From Phallusia mammillata (lineage: Eukaryota): 64,000 bases of DNA. Below are positions 39,489 to 52,683 of the stretch, in pieces; position 1 is the stretch's first letter; each line of letters begins with the position of its first letter. Under the pieces are notes generated by a model that ran no database searches, was not told the DNA's origin, and saw only the letters and a list, made by a program, of their open reading frames with translations. The position numbers and the translations under genes are program-made. Where the stretch lies: positions 17,608,001 to 17,672,000 of the forward strand of contig OZ281497.1 in assembly GCA_965637545.1 (NCBI GenBank), given 5' to 3'.

Positions 39489-42400
39489 TCAAGTGCACAA
39501 ACCGAGCTTGTACATGTAGTCACTGGGCGTGGGATGAAGTCCGGGTTGACCAACCTGTCCAGGAGACATGGTTGATGTGCCGAACGGTGATGATCCCATG
39601 GCGACCGGGTTTGGATGTTGCGGGTGAAGGGTTGGTGTGGGATACCCCGCCATAGGACCACCCTGTCCCCCTGACATACCCGGACCCGATAATCCATTAT
39701 AACCGGCAGATACTGCGGTTCCATAAGCGGCGGCAGCGGCTCCGGCTACTGCTGCAGCAGCTGCGGCACCTGGAGCGTAAGCGTTGGGGTTCGGGTGCGA
39801 ATACGAGTTGTATCCGCACGAGTTGTACGAGTTAGGGTAATTGTGGTACGGGGTGACTGTGACGTTGTACGGCGCGGAGTATGGGGCATGTGAGTTTTGA
39901 ATTCCCGCTCCGGGACCACCAAGACACGGTTTCCCATCTCTCACAAGCACAGGGACAGCAACTCGTCGTGGTGGTCCAATGCTTGCCAATTCCAAGGTCT
40001 TGTCCTGTCGCATTCTTTTGCATTTGTACCGTCTGTTTTGGAACCAAATCTTTACTTGTGTTGATGTGAGTTTTAAGATCTGAGCAAGATGTTCGCGCTC
40101 GGGTGCTGAGAGATAGCGTTGCTGCTTAAATCGGCGCTCCAGCTCAAAGACTTGGGCTTGTGAGAATAGAACTCGTGGCTTACGGCGTGTGCGGTGTCGT
40201 GCCTTCATTCCATCCTCGTCACCCTTCTTTTTGTCACTCTCTTCCGGACTTCCGCTGCAGTTGCTCTCCGAGAAGTTGTCTGACTTTTCAGAGTCTAAAA
40301 ATTAATTAAAACTTGTTGCATTTTTGTTGGGCAAAAAAACACAATTTATTTTTCTGACAGAATTACACACTGTTTTAATGTGGGCGGGAAAAATAGATTC
40401 TTTTTAGGACATCAAACATATAGCCGATCTTAAACTCCGCGAAATCCACAACAAACGCGCCTCTGCTTCGTATTCATGTTCGGTTAATCCTTTGCGGTTA
40501 GCTTAGCGTGTATTCTTCACAAGTTGAACCCAATGAACTTCGTCACATCGCAAGTAACACGTCTCGTCGGCAAAGCAAAATCTCATCACCAAATCTGATT
40601 CATCGCATTGCGGCGCGAATTCTTTACACTGCCCCGCATTGTAAAGCGATCGGAATGGCGCCGCTGGGACCAGCGAGGCCAGCTCGAGGCGCGTCGAATG
40701 CAGGAGCTGCATCACATCGATCATAGAGCCGGAGATAAGCGCGGTCTTCCAGCGCGAACTCGCTCGGATGCGTCTCTATTATTTGTTGTTATTTGCTTGT
40801 CGCCGTCCGATCGCCCCCCGAGCGCGCACGGTTTCTGTTTTCTAAACGCACCCAAAACCCACAGACATGGATCTGTCATTGTACGCGTACACAAATAGAC
40901 GTCGCGCCAGGCCAGGGTCCCAGGGTCGCGTAAACGCCGTGCAATTTATTGAGACAAATATCGGAGGAGATTGTAAACAGCCCTTCCTCTCACACGCTTC
41001 TGCCAAGCTCCCGTTATCGTGCGCCGACCTGCCCTGCAACCCTAAACCACGTCCTTTCGTTTTTACGTTAGTCTGCGCATATGTTGTCACTTTATTGCCA
41101 AAATGGTGGCACTATTTAAAATAAAAACTTGGTCATCCAAAATTAATCGTAATCAAGACGGGATCCAGAGTATTCAAACTTGAAACGAAACGTGATATCT
41201 AGCTCGGTTGAGCGCTCATAAAATTAATAAAATGTGGAATTTAAACTACATTTTTGTATAACGTTTTTGCATTTTGTATAAACACACGACATAATGTTCG
41301 TGTATTGGCAAATGAGCAAAATGCCATGGATAAAAGGGTCGCGCCATTTTAACATTTGCTGAACCGCTCTCAAGAGGTGCGGGCGATTTTGAACTTGACG
41401 AGCGGTCGAATGTCAAGGAACAAAGATAAACAAAATATCGCTCTGGAATCCGCAGACAAATCCGTTGCGCGACGACGACGAAGTAGATGTTAATTGCACG
41501 CGCTTTAACCCACAATCACGAGCAATTAAACGCCCTCAAATGAGCCTGCTTTGTGTTCGTTTTATGTTGGCGCAACCTCCAGTATTTGCCTTTACATGCG
41601 ATTTGCGCGTAAAATCCCGTCTGACGACGAAATTACATGTTTCCATCGACAACCGGCACCACAACTTGCGCAAGACTGCTCAGAAAACGAAAGCACAAAC
41701 TGAAATTTGAACATATCGAACCATGTATATAGTTCCTCATGTTTAACCTGACAACAATCACGATTTTCGTGAATTATTAAAATACGGCTTCCAACGAAAA
41801 CATGGCAATTACAGTAAATTCCAAACTCTGTTAAATCGACAAGTGCCCAGCTTTTTAATTAGCTCTTAAAAAGGTCGCCAAAACTTTACATAGGCAGTAA
41901 ATTTGTTCTGTTTAGCAGTAACGGTGAAGTTTTGTTGAGTTACCAAGTTACCCAAGTTTTTATTGTAGTGACCGGACAGTGGCGATTACAAAATGCGTCC
42001 GCACATACAACATCCTTTGTCACGACGAGTCAAAAGCAAGCACTTGGCGAGGTTGCAATTTGTCGAAGTCGATTACAGTGCGACATTGAGCGACATCAAC
42101 GCAAAGAGGCAGGCGCGTGGCAGCGACAACAGCACAGGCCACTAATGACCAATTGAAAAATTGGATCGCGATCGTCGATGCTTACCGAATTTTGAAACCG
42201 TGTATAAACGTGGCGCCTTGTAAATGGTAATTTTATTACGGATGTCTATTTCCGCTGTTGACGGTGATGAATCACCGAGAATGTCGATACTGTACGCCCG
42301 AGAGTAAGAAATGCAGACCGGAGGAATATTTTGTTTATCAAGCTTTACATTCGATTGGGATAAGATAAATAAATTGCGAATTAAATTAAAAAGACATGCA

Positions 42401-45400
42401 GTGTTTCCTTGATCTAAGAATGATTTGTAAATCATAGTTCGTTCATCTTAGCAAAGCAAAGTTGGTTTCAGCTTTGTAATTAAAAACTTTACCGGTGTGC
42501 AGAATGGTGAATTAAAGAAACATTTTATCGCAGTCCGGAAAACCAAAACTCCGATCGTATCTGTGTTATAAAAACTGTCGGGAAGTCGTTTGAAGGACCA
42601 ACACCGTTTGGCAACACTAGCTTATGCAAACAGTGGGAGTTTATCGGTCCGAGACAAACTTCCGTGGGAGCGAAGTCTCACGAAAACAATTATTTATCCC
42701 CCAAAAAATCACAAGTCCCTCGCAACGGGGCCCGATGAACCAAAGTTGTCACCCCAGTGTTGAGCCTGTGTCCAGCGTTGGTAAGGACCAACCGTGCGTT
42801 AAATCCTGTAATTCGCCGCAACCGTTGAGCACGCGTAAGCCAAGACGGTAGTGAGCAAATATTTTGGGTCGGGTTTGATTTGATTAACTTGTCCACTTTT
42901 TAAGATCACCCGGTCGCTGGTACTCCGGGGGCAAATGCGGCCTTCAGCTGAATAATGCGATAAGCCTACAGAGCATTAACATGCTTGTTTCCCAATTATA
43001 TATCCGACAGTGAGGTTTTTTTTCATGGGTTCGCTGTTCGTAATTGTTTTTGTCGAATAGATATTGCCCCCAAAACATAATTAATGGTCCGCTATACAAG
43101 GAATTAGAGTAAAAATAGCAACCTTATCGTGGTAAAAACGCGTGACAGTGACAAGAATTCAAGAACTGCCCGCACATCGTGATACAAGTCAAGAGATCTG
43201 CGGAAAGGTGCACTTCGCTGAACAGCCTAAATGTCATGTGCCGTTAATTGCTTTCAGTTCTTGGATTTTAAAATCGAACGATGAAACGGACTCCACCCTA
43301 CCCGACCTCTGCCCAGCGATTTCGGCTAACAAAGTGATGGAATTATAATGCGGCAATTTGCAGGCGAAAACGAGTAGTTAGCAAATGACGATATCAGGCA
43401 GTGGCGTCGTTCTGGTGATGGGCTCAGAGACTGAAGCAGGCGTCGCGTTTAATTACTTGAGTTTTTGCGAACGACTAGTGTTGATCGGAGAACTAAAACG
43501 GCCTCGATGCCGTTCTGGCGACTCAAGTTTGTCGTGGTTCTGTTTACGATTATGACCGGTTTCCAACTTAAACAGAGTACACATTTCAAAGACCTAAAGC
43601 ACGGACTCTATAATTGTTTCTTGTAAACATAAAACCTACAATTTCAAATGATATAACATTCCCACATTTAAGTATCAAGGTTCCCACTTCTGGTACCGGT
43701 ATGGTTCTACGCAAAATGTATGGTTTTGTTGCAAAACATTTTACCGAATTGCCCACAAGAACATTAAGTATGAATAAACGCTTATTAGAAAACCCACAAT
43801 TACGGCAGTCGTCATTCAAAACCGTTATGTGCGATTATAAAGCCTCAATCAGAGTTGTAAATCTACTGATTCCGTTCCCCAATCGCCGGTTTACGTAATA
43901 CCCGATGGTCGCAATTGTAGCAAGTTTAGGCGCCAATTAGTGGTGCTTTCCAAGCGCACGTGTAATCGCTTGCGATGATGCCAGGGTTGTGTTTTGCTTG
44001 TCGGCAAATGGTCCGTATTCTGCCCAAGGAAGACCGGTGATTTTCGCTCTATGGCGCAGCGACCCGATGTTAAACTGGCCTGTTAGCGCTGAAAACAAGT
44101 CGATGTGCCTTGCTCAGTTTCACGCTCGTTCGTCAAGCCAAACCGCGACCGTTAATTAAAACTTTAAGCGCACAAAAAATATCAGACCTTCTTTTGTGTT
44201 TTAATGGTTAGTTGCTGTCTAGCGAGCGTGTAATAATACATCGGCCTTTGCTTCAACTGGTGGCAATTATATGTCGCTCCGTGAAAGCCTAAACACAGCC
44301 TTACGCGGTGCCTGTTTACTGGACTTAGCGGTGTGATTTTCTCTTTCGGAGCAAATTGCAAAACGTAGACGGACAAGTTAAAACCACCACAGACGAGACA
44401 GAAACATTGCAAGTAAAATGAACTTGGCACAAGTTAGCCGGAAAACAGACAGAACCTCGCTTCCCAACCGCCGTCAACGACTTTCCCACGACGGTATCGA
44501 TATCAGGCGCTGCCGTTTAGCGCGGACCCCGCTACTGCATGCGCATCACAACACTAAGCAGCAAAGTCGCCCGGCTGAAGATGGCAAGTGTAGATTGTGG
44601 GGCAAATCCGATTATAAGGCAATTGTTTTCAAAAGCAATCCAAACTATGCAAGTGGACAGGGCGGCACGTGAAGACAAAATGGCGACATCGCTCCACCGC
44701 GGGCATTGTGCGTCGATCGAACGGCAATGGCGAGCAGTCAAGCCGGCGTCTGGGCTCCCATCGCGGCCACTGTTTTGTCAGGAGCGGGCGCGTCTATTTG
44801 TCCTGCCACTTGTTAACTCGCAATTAACCCCTTGTTCGATTATTTGCCGACGTGTCGCACGCGAGAAGCGCACAATAAGCGCTGCGCCTCTTCCGTATAC
44901 AATAATTGTTGTTGTTACGCATTACGGTTCAGAATACCCCAGAACTTGTTTCCAAAACTGACTCTGTCGGGCACTTATCTCGCGCTCATTCGCATCAATG
45001 CGTCTGTGAAACGTGCTGTTGGCGCCACTCCAAAGAATGGAAACGAAAGCGATCCCCAACGCTAAGAGGTCGTTTGTTGATTTGTTAATGCCTACTAATT
45101 CGCTACACTTAGTTTACAAACACTGCGAACAAGCGACCTTTAAACCTTTGCGGCTTGACGACGACTGGTCAAGTTTGCAATAGAAAGCATCAACAAGACA
45201 TTGTGGTTCAATTGAAGAAAACAAATTGTTCTCGTTTCGTGCTATTTAGTCTGTTTATAAATCGAAAAAAAGTTTTAATTGCGGCGAGATGTAATTTTTA
45301 AATGGCGGTAGATACGTTAAGTGAGTTTTGTAAATCGTTACAACACATTCGATGTTTATATCATCGTTGCATAACCAACTTTTAGCTCTGACAAGAAAAT

Positions 45401-46615
45401 TTTCCCAATGTATTTCCTGCAAGTTATATGCGAACCTATGTTTCCCATTCCACACAGTAAGACAAATTTCAATGGAGATAAACAATTTGTAAAATATCAC
45501 GCACCTGTGATTGGTTGGGTTGAGTCTTCCACTCTCATTTCACCACCAGAGTAGTTTCGATGGCGCGAATCGTCTGAGTTTTGCTCCAACAAGTTCTCTA
45601 CGTTCGAGCGGGGATTAACATCGGATGATCCGGGCGATCGGGACGGCGAAGAGGATGACGGGAAGGGAACGAGAGCCGTGCTGCTGCCACCGTGTGTCGA
45701 AGATGCGTAGAGGGAAGCGCTTGTAAGGTCGGACTCCGAGTTGCGATCGCTGTAAGTTGAGAGTTTCCTGCTTAAGTCTTCGAAGGGGTGAGAGGTGGGA
45801 CTTCCCCCGCTTGATTCCTGTTCCCTCGGCATGAGATAAGACTCGGATGTGAAGGGGAAAGGAGGGTTTTGCGAGGGCGCGGAAGAAACTTCGTAACCCG
45901 GCGTTCCGTGCTGGTAAAAAGGTTCAGCGGTTGTGGCGGACATGGGCGAATGGTGGGGCTCGGGTTTCAAACTGTCACCACGCTCAGTTTTAGCGTAGCA
46001 ATTCCCCACGTATTGATCATCCCTGGCCGCAACCAAATTGTCGTTGCTGGTGTACTGTTGCGCGACACCAAAGTTCCCTTCGTAGTGTGGAATCGGGTTG
46101 TAGTAATCAACAGGATAGCGGTTCACGTCATATTGACCTGGAGGAACCTGTTGCTGATTTTGGATGTTCTGCGAAAAGTGGACAAGCGTCGAAGCTGCAG
46201 CTTCAGCTGAAGACGGGTAACCGGTACACTCGCTTCTCGGGACTTTGTACTTCGCGTCCACGTCGCTCTCGCCGCGATACAAACCGAGTCCAGGCGCCGT
46301 TGACACTGCCATATTTTTCGCTTCCATATTTATAGCATCGCCATTTGACAGCTCAGCACGCACTGGAGAATGAATTGAGCTTGGACTGCGGTATTGCATG
46401 CTCATGCCATTAAGGTTTTGTCCAACTTCGCCCAAAGTCTTGGGGTCGCAATTCAAAGGCATTGCGGAACTGTAGGAATTTGCGTAAGTATCGGAGTGCT
46501 GTTGGCTGCTGCGTTGGTCAACGGTGGATGCGCAGGAAATTTGCTGGTGACGTTCCAGCTTGAGGATGTCTTTAACTGAGAATGGAGTCGATCCCACCGG
46601 ACTTGGTATCATCAT
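39489..46615 (-). CDS. NKX2-5: NK4/tinman-class homeobox transcription factor (Nkx2-3/2-5/2-6 orthologue), 638 aa
   Basis: Two exons, 46615-45505 and 40294-39489, joined by a phase-1 GT-AG intron. TN domain [13 protein letters not shown]; homeodomain [58 protein letters not shown] (Tyr54 NK2 signature); NK2-specific domain [17 protein letters not shown]; Tyr-rich C-terminal region. Confidence 0.96.
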
Positions 46616-49300
46616 GCGTCACGAAAAAACGCGAAAGAAATTCCAAAAGCAAGTTTCCTTTCTTTTATAATTTAAACTCTTTATCTGCTGAAAAGTAAAG
46701 CAAAAACATATGATCACTTAGCTTTTGACTTAAAAATCTAAACTTGGCTAGCGCAAGGACTGATCTAGCTCACCCTCACAACAGAAATAAGACAAACCCA
46801 TATCATCGCTCGCTTGTCCACGTAATTTTCTGACACGAGTTTCAATCTTCCTGACAAGGGACATCTGAGGCAGATAATTTGCTCCGAAATGGAACGGCTC
46901 GTCTCAGCCACAAGTCCCTTGCGAAATCTGGTTTGTGTAAAGACGATCTGATTGTTGTGACTAATTGCGTCCTTCCAACGCCACTTTAAACTTTTCCAAT
47001 GGCCAAGCAGTCTTACCACTGACGTCTCTGCCACAACGATCTCACCCTTCGACAGATTCCTAATCGCATCCTATCTACGCCGCCGATAAACTTTCCACAA
47101 TTAGGGCTCGCCCGCCTGTCATCTGAACTACAACCAAACATCCGAACGTCCTTAGCTTCACTTAGCCTTCAAGAGGGCGCAACAACTCAGGGGTTGACCC
47201 CCAAACGCGCCTGAGCGTGTTGTCTTAATGTCTGCTTTCACGCCTAACCGCGTTGACCCGCGCACGCCGAACAAGTCGATGCGTCAAAATTCTTTAAAAA
47301 TCCCCGAAGTTTCGACAGGTCCTACAAATAAATCACATTGGGTTTTTGGCGCCTGCTTTTCTTAAACTTGCGTTTAGCGAAAAACTACGCTGGAGCAAAA
47401 GCAAAATCGTGCTAGCGCGCGATATGGTCGATATAGAATGACGACCTGTGGTGAGATACGCTTTCCGCCGTAAGCGAGAGAGGGGCGATCTCGCCTTCTT
47501 CGTTGCGCTCCAATCAAAGTGGCGTCACCGAGACGCATCCATGTACAAAATAATGTTGTTTTTCTCGCGGTATTCTGTTGCGTGTGTCATTAAATTACCA
47601 CAACCCGATGAACAACACCCATATACAGATCAAACCCGATTTGCTGTTTGTTATGATTCGGATTTTTGCTTTTAGAATTTTTCCGTGTTGTTGTTAACAA
47701 CATACTGCAATAAGCTATGATCGCATTTCCGACATATAATATATCTATTAACAATAAACTACAAAATCAATAAGCAAAAAAACAAGCTGTACATATTATT
47801 TAGACATTTTGCATAATTTTGTCACAACCTAAACGTTAAATTTGTCAAAAATTTGCACACTTAAAAATAAACCTATTAGGGCAACTTAAGTTAATTCTGC
47901 GAAACACTTTTATTTAAAGTACTTTGAGTGCTTAAACAAACACAATTTTTCCCTTGGATATATATGGAAATAAATCCTTGTTCGCAAGTCAATTACGATC
48001 AATTAACCATCGTTCCGCTGCCTGATCATAAGGGAATGTTAATTCGATCTGAATTACACACCGCCGGTGCAATCAGCATCAACTAAATCACAAAATCACT
48101 ACGTCACAGGACCATGTGACCGTTGAGCCGCCTCCCACACTAAATATGGCCCTCTTTTGAGCTCGTCTACTGTTGATACAAATGTTTTACAAACTCACAA
48201 CAAATACTGGGCTAAACAATATCAGTAATCAGTTTGATTTACAGAGTTTATGCATATTTGGATTTTTTTCTGTTGTTTATCACAAATCAAAAACGTTCCC
48301 CCCCAAAATGTTGACTTGTTTGAATTGCGCCACTTCCTACTTTCGAACATTTGTCGATTTCATCTCCCGAATGATGTAAAAATGTGGCGATGAATTTCTG
48401 CTTATAGCCAGGTTATTTTTTTTTATCCAATTCACATTCTGCACCAAGACAACAAAAGTCCTACAGTTACTACAATTATGATGACTATCCTTTTCAAAAG
48501 TCACTTTCAACCGCTATGCTCACCTCAAGTTGTCAATGATTCACTTTATTTAACTGCAGCGTAGGTCGGCGTCACTCTACCAGGTAACCAACACCCACCC
48601 CACCTATCCCGAAAAGCCGCGTTTCTCCGGCGCTTGAGCGACAGGTGATCTCGTACCCGTACCAGAAAACCAGAGCCGCGCGGACGAATACAACAAACAG
48701 CGCGGACAATAAACAGATTGGGCTTGATCTAATTCTGATTGCTCGGTCGAGTTCAAAGGCGCCACTTGAGGGCCGAGTGACGTGCGGCTGCGCTTAATCC
48801 AGGCCCGGTGCCCGTATGTTGGCTGAGTATCAGCACCGGCCGCTTCCTTGCGGTCATTTGTCAGTGTCAGTCGTTCACCAACTTGCGCTTTCTCATAACA
48901 CTGCGAGGTGTGATAATTTGATGACCGCATGCCTTTGATTATAGCAAGTTAATTCGAGTGTCAATTATGATTAGCTCAGCAGTTTTATAAGCATCGTGAA
49001 TCGTAATTTGTAACGGTTTTATATGTTCTTAGTCATCATATCTGTAATTGTAGTATCATAGCCCAAAAAACTTCGGGAAAAACAGCAAAACACTCACAGT
49101 TTAAGGTTTTCGTGATTGTTACGTTATGTCATTGGTAATGGATTTGAATATTAAATGCGTGGTGTCTATGTGATGGAACGGTTGGTCGTCGTTACTCATC
49201 GACAATCATTCCTGGTTGATAGTTCCTAAAAAGACAAAAACATGTTTTTGATGAAAACAAAATATGTTGGCGCCATTTTACTACAACACTAACAAAGTAC
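46616..49300 (-). promoter_or_regulatory. NK4 5' UTR/promoter and proximal enhancer region
   Basis: Non-coding DNA upstream of the NK4 ATG. GC-richer patches with GGCGCC (47348, 48758, 49269), an NK2-type CACTTGA site (48763-48769) and TAATT cores. Function inferred from position and motifs only. Confidence 0.5.
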
Positions 49301-49965
49301 ACTACCACACACGTAAAACCATAATAAAATCATTTCAACAGACAGGATATGGGTAAGTTGAACACAGACACACTCAATCACAATGTCATGTCAACCGGAC
49401 ATTACTAAATCCAACGCATGTGTACAAAACCGGTATCTCTATTTGCATCGCGTTCGCACAACGCCATTATTCCTGAAGCCCATCAATTTGTACCAGACCC
49501 CAGAGCGCAAGCTTTATAGCACAGAAGCTGCTATCGTGAGGCCTGCCCCGCGATAAGGAGATGACGTAGCGGTTGCGAGGTCAGAGGTGTGAAATTACAA
49601 CTTGTGTAAACGAACAAGGGTTTGGAGTGGTTCTTCGAGTGCCATGGCATTGTCTTGGCGGCGTGTGACAGCGCCAGAGTCCCGGGAGCGGCATTCCGTC
49701 TGTGTATTATACGGGAGCGAACAATAGGGAGCTCGACGGCACGTCCACAAACGTTAGCACAATGTGGGATAAGATAACTGCTGGGGCCGGGGGCGACAGC
49801 ATGAGGGTGATGCCTATTATTTGCCTTGCTGTGATCGCGTGACCCCACACCGGCTCTGTTGTGCATCTCCGGAAACTGTATATATTTGTGTTGATGAATA
49901 GATGTGGCGACAGACGCCTAGTGTGATATAGTCGTTTGCTTGTATGTAACTAAAGGGAAATATGA

Positions 49966-50034
49966 TGTGGCTAATTTCTTACCTTCAAGTAAACAGTAAG
50001 ACACTGTGGCTAATTCCTTAGCTTCAAGTAAACA
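49966..50034 (+). repeat. 39-bp tandem duplication
   Basis: TGTGGCTAATTTCTTACCTTCAAGTAAACA at 49966 and TGTGGCTAATTCCTTAGCTTCAAGTAAACA at 50005. Confidence 0.8.
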
Positions 50035-50907
50035 TTAGTGAACTAATTGTAGGAAAGCTTAAAGCTTGTGTCAATAAAAATCCATGTAAATACATTTGAA
50101 CTGTGTGACATTTATATTCACAACAACACGATAGGCAAACATGAATCACGATAGTCTGCTTTTTGTCATTCTCTTTAACGTGTGTGAAAATCACAAATCG
50201 ACATGAAAACATGCGCTGTGACAATCGCGCGGGACGAAAGCATTCTCGTTCTGCGAAGGCGACAAGGGGATCACTTCGATGCGTCATTGTGGCATAGTTG
50301 TTGTTTTCGATCTTGGTTTATTTGTTTAAGCACCGGCATAAGATCACTTTGTCGCTGGATCACAATCCGCGGTGTTCGCCTTTCGCCGCGTGTTGTCTCA
50401 ACGCCTTTTTCGGGGGCCGAGCGCGTTCGATAGTCGGGCCGCTTATTCTGGCTTGTCGATCGTATTTTTAGCTCCTGGAAGGCGAGAGAAAAAGGTCGTG
50501 AACGCACAGAAGCGGGGTGAAAACGACCACATAATCGCATCAGGCTGTTCATTGCCCCATTCTTCCCTATGCGTTGTGTACACGAGGTCGGATGCGTCGC
50601 GAGATTAAGGCTCCCCGACATGTCAGCGTTCATAAGCGACTGTCAATCGGGCGAGTCGCGTTGGTGGAGTGACTGATGGTTTGCGATGGTCTCCTGGCGT
50701 CCCGGAACTCCATGGGAACGAGAGCGCTCGATATTTTGCAATGATAAAGGTGATGATGATATCAGCCCAACGAATCATTTGATGTGTGATTTCAGAGTTG
50801 TTCCGTCACCAACGGCGGAAATTTTGTACCGTTTGAGGTTTGAAATGCTGCCAGTTACATGTATCGGTTAATCGTAAGCATCTTTTGAAACTTTCCAAAA
50901 AAGGCAC

Positions 50908-50983
50908 AAGCGCATGCAACGCAAAGAGGTGAAAGCGCATGCAACGCAAGAGGCGAAAGCGCATGAAACGCAAGAGGCGAAAG
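50908..50983 (+). repeat. Minisatellite, 24-25 bp x 3
   Basis: AAGCGCATGCAACGCAAAGAGGTGA / AAGCGCATGCAACGCAAGAGGCGA / AAGCGCATGAAACGCAAGAGGCGA, followed by AAG. Confidence 0.9.
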
Positions 50984-51998
50984 ATCTTACCAGCGTTTTG
51001 ACAGCACACTTCACAAGACACTAAACTTCTACCTAATAGTTATAATATTTATTTCTCCGCAATAGAGATCCAATGTTTTTAGCAATTAATAAGTTGAGAT
51101 TATTAACGAAATCTTACAATTATACCAACGTTTTGACAGCACACTACCTTACGCACAAAACTACAAGAAAAACAAATTGCACCATATGTTGCCATCAAAA
51201 AGAATATTGTTTAAACCATACGTCACTAAAGATCAGAGAGAAGAAAACATCAGTCGCATTAATCGTATTTGAACAAATACACAAAGATGCCTCTTTGTCT
51301 CAAGTGAAATTTATGTGCTGATGTAAACGGTAAATAACTTCAGACTCACAAAAGTTTAACAGCCTGCATCATACAAGTTGGGTTTTTATACTGTATGTGC
51401 AAAGCCGTGTTGTTTGAGAAATCAATCAAATATTTTTGGATTTTAGTAATGCGTTAGTCCTACTCCTATCGCTGTCATATGAAAAAATATGGTAGGTTAA
51501 AACAAAGTTTAAAATTTAAAAATCATTCAATTTCTCACGGATGTGATAGTGCGTACGTTGACCAGTAGTTCGAATGATGATGCGTTATAGTTAGCGTTCA
51601 ATGAAAGACGCCTGTAATTTAAGAAATACCTGTTCGAGCCAGGCTTCGGCGTAATTGTCACGGCGAGAATTTATAGGACCTTAATTAAATTGGACTAACA
51701 CAAATAAGTCGCCTCTGATGCCACAAAACGACTCCGACTCGTGATGACATCAGCAATTAAGCTCATTGCGTCACAGCACTTGATCACAGGGTGTAATTTC
51801 TGTTTGTTGCGACGCCACAGCGGAATACAAAGCAACCAAGACTACCATGTTCGCCTCTATTGCTTGGAGGCGTGGCTTCCGATAGAACATTACCTCACTA
51901 ATGACGCTTATGACTTGCCGCGTTTGATTTGCACCGTATAGATTGTGGTTGCTAAGAGGTTTATCAAAGCAAAAGTTTTAGACCACAACCATCTAACC

Positions 51999-52683
51999 CA
52001 GTGTTTCTCAATCTTATACTGATCGCGTACCACCTGACAACTTTTTTCCATCGCTGAGTACCACCTAAACCAGTGGTTCCTAACCTTTTGTAGTGACGGA
52101 CCCCTTTTGTAAATTTCCCCCCAACTAAATTTGCCGCAAGTCTTTTGATGTTTCTCGTTTCTTATGCGTTATTACACTTTTAAAGCGTTTTAAATTCGCC
52201 TTCACAGTCCTCTAATTACAATGAAGTCTGTACCGTAGCGTTCAAAACATCGAATTGATAAAGTAATTGCTCTTGGCTCAATTGAGGTGTGATAAACAGT
52301 TTGCACTTTTATGCTGGATTGTAAAAGCGGTTGAGAAACCTAAAAATATTTTCTGTTGATGATACTAGTAATGATAATGATACTAAATCTCCATGGATCC
52401 CCTGAAACCATCTCACGGACCCCTTGGGGGTTGGAAACCACTGACCTAAACCCTGATTAAATGGATGGAGCAAGAAATAGGCTTATTTTCTCAACCTTGC
52501 TAGGATATTTAGCAATTTTAGAAGAAGGTCCAGCCCACGAGTTTCGCCAAAACCAGGGCTGGTCAGTTGGGGTGCAATTTCAAATCGGACTTAAATAAGG
52601 AATCACAGAAAACTACTCGCGTACCACCTGAAAAGTTCCGTCGTACCACTAGTGGTACGCGTACCACAGTTTGAGAACCACTG
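51999..52683. mobile_element. hAT MITE (outer element of a nested pair)
   Basis: TIRs CAGTGTTTCTCAA and TTGAGAACCACTG. Perfect 8-bp TSD ATCTAACC (51991-51998, 52684-52691). GTACCAC subterminal repeats at both ends. Confidence 0.9.
52071..52443. mobile_element. hAT MITE (inner element of the nested pair)
   Basis: TIRs CAGTGGTTCCTAACC and GGTTGGAAACCACTG. Perfect 8-bp TSD ACCTAAAC (52063-52070, 52444-52451). CGGACCCC subterminal motifs. Confidence 0.9.

Noticed and set aside
39489-39495. NK2-binding site CACTTGA overlapping the NK4 stop codon, plus other isolated CACTTGA sites (32709, 34499, 55438, 56996)
   Set aside because: The count is close to the rough chance expectation for a 7-mer over 26 kb, so no enrichment is claimed.
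39746-40069. Alternative-frame and antisense ORFs over NK4 exon 2 (likewise 45869-46579 over exon 1, 30942-31475 over C2CD5, 3171-3527 over ZU5, 61817-62068 over MRLC)
   Set aside because: Shadow ORFs of real coding exons.
40622-40712. Two small hairpins in the NK4 intron (CTTTACA-c-TGC-ccc-GCA-t-TGTAAAG; ATGCAG-gag-CTGCAT)
   Set aside because: Stems are too short for a pre-miRNA and expected by chance in a GC-richer patch; no conservation data.
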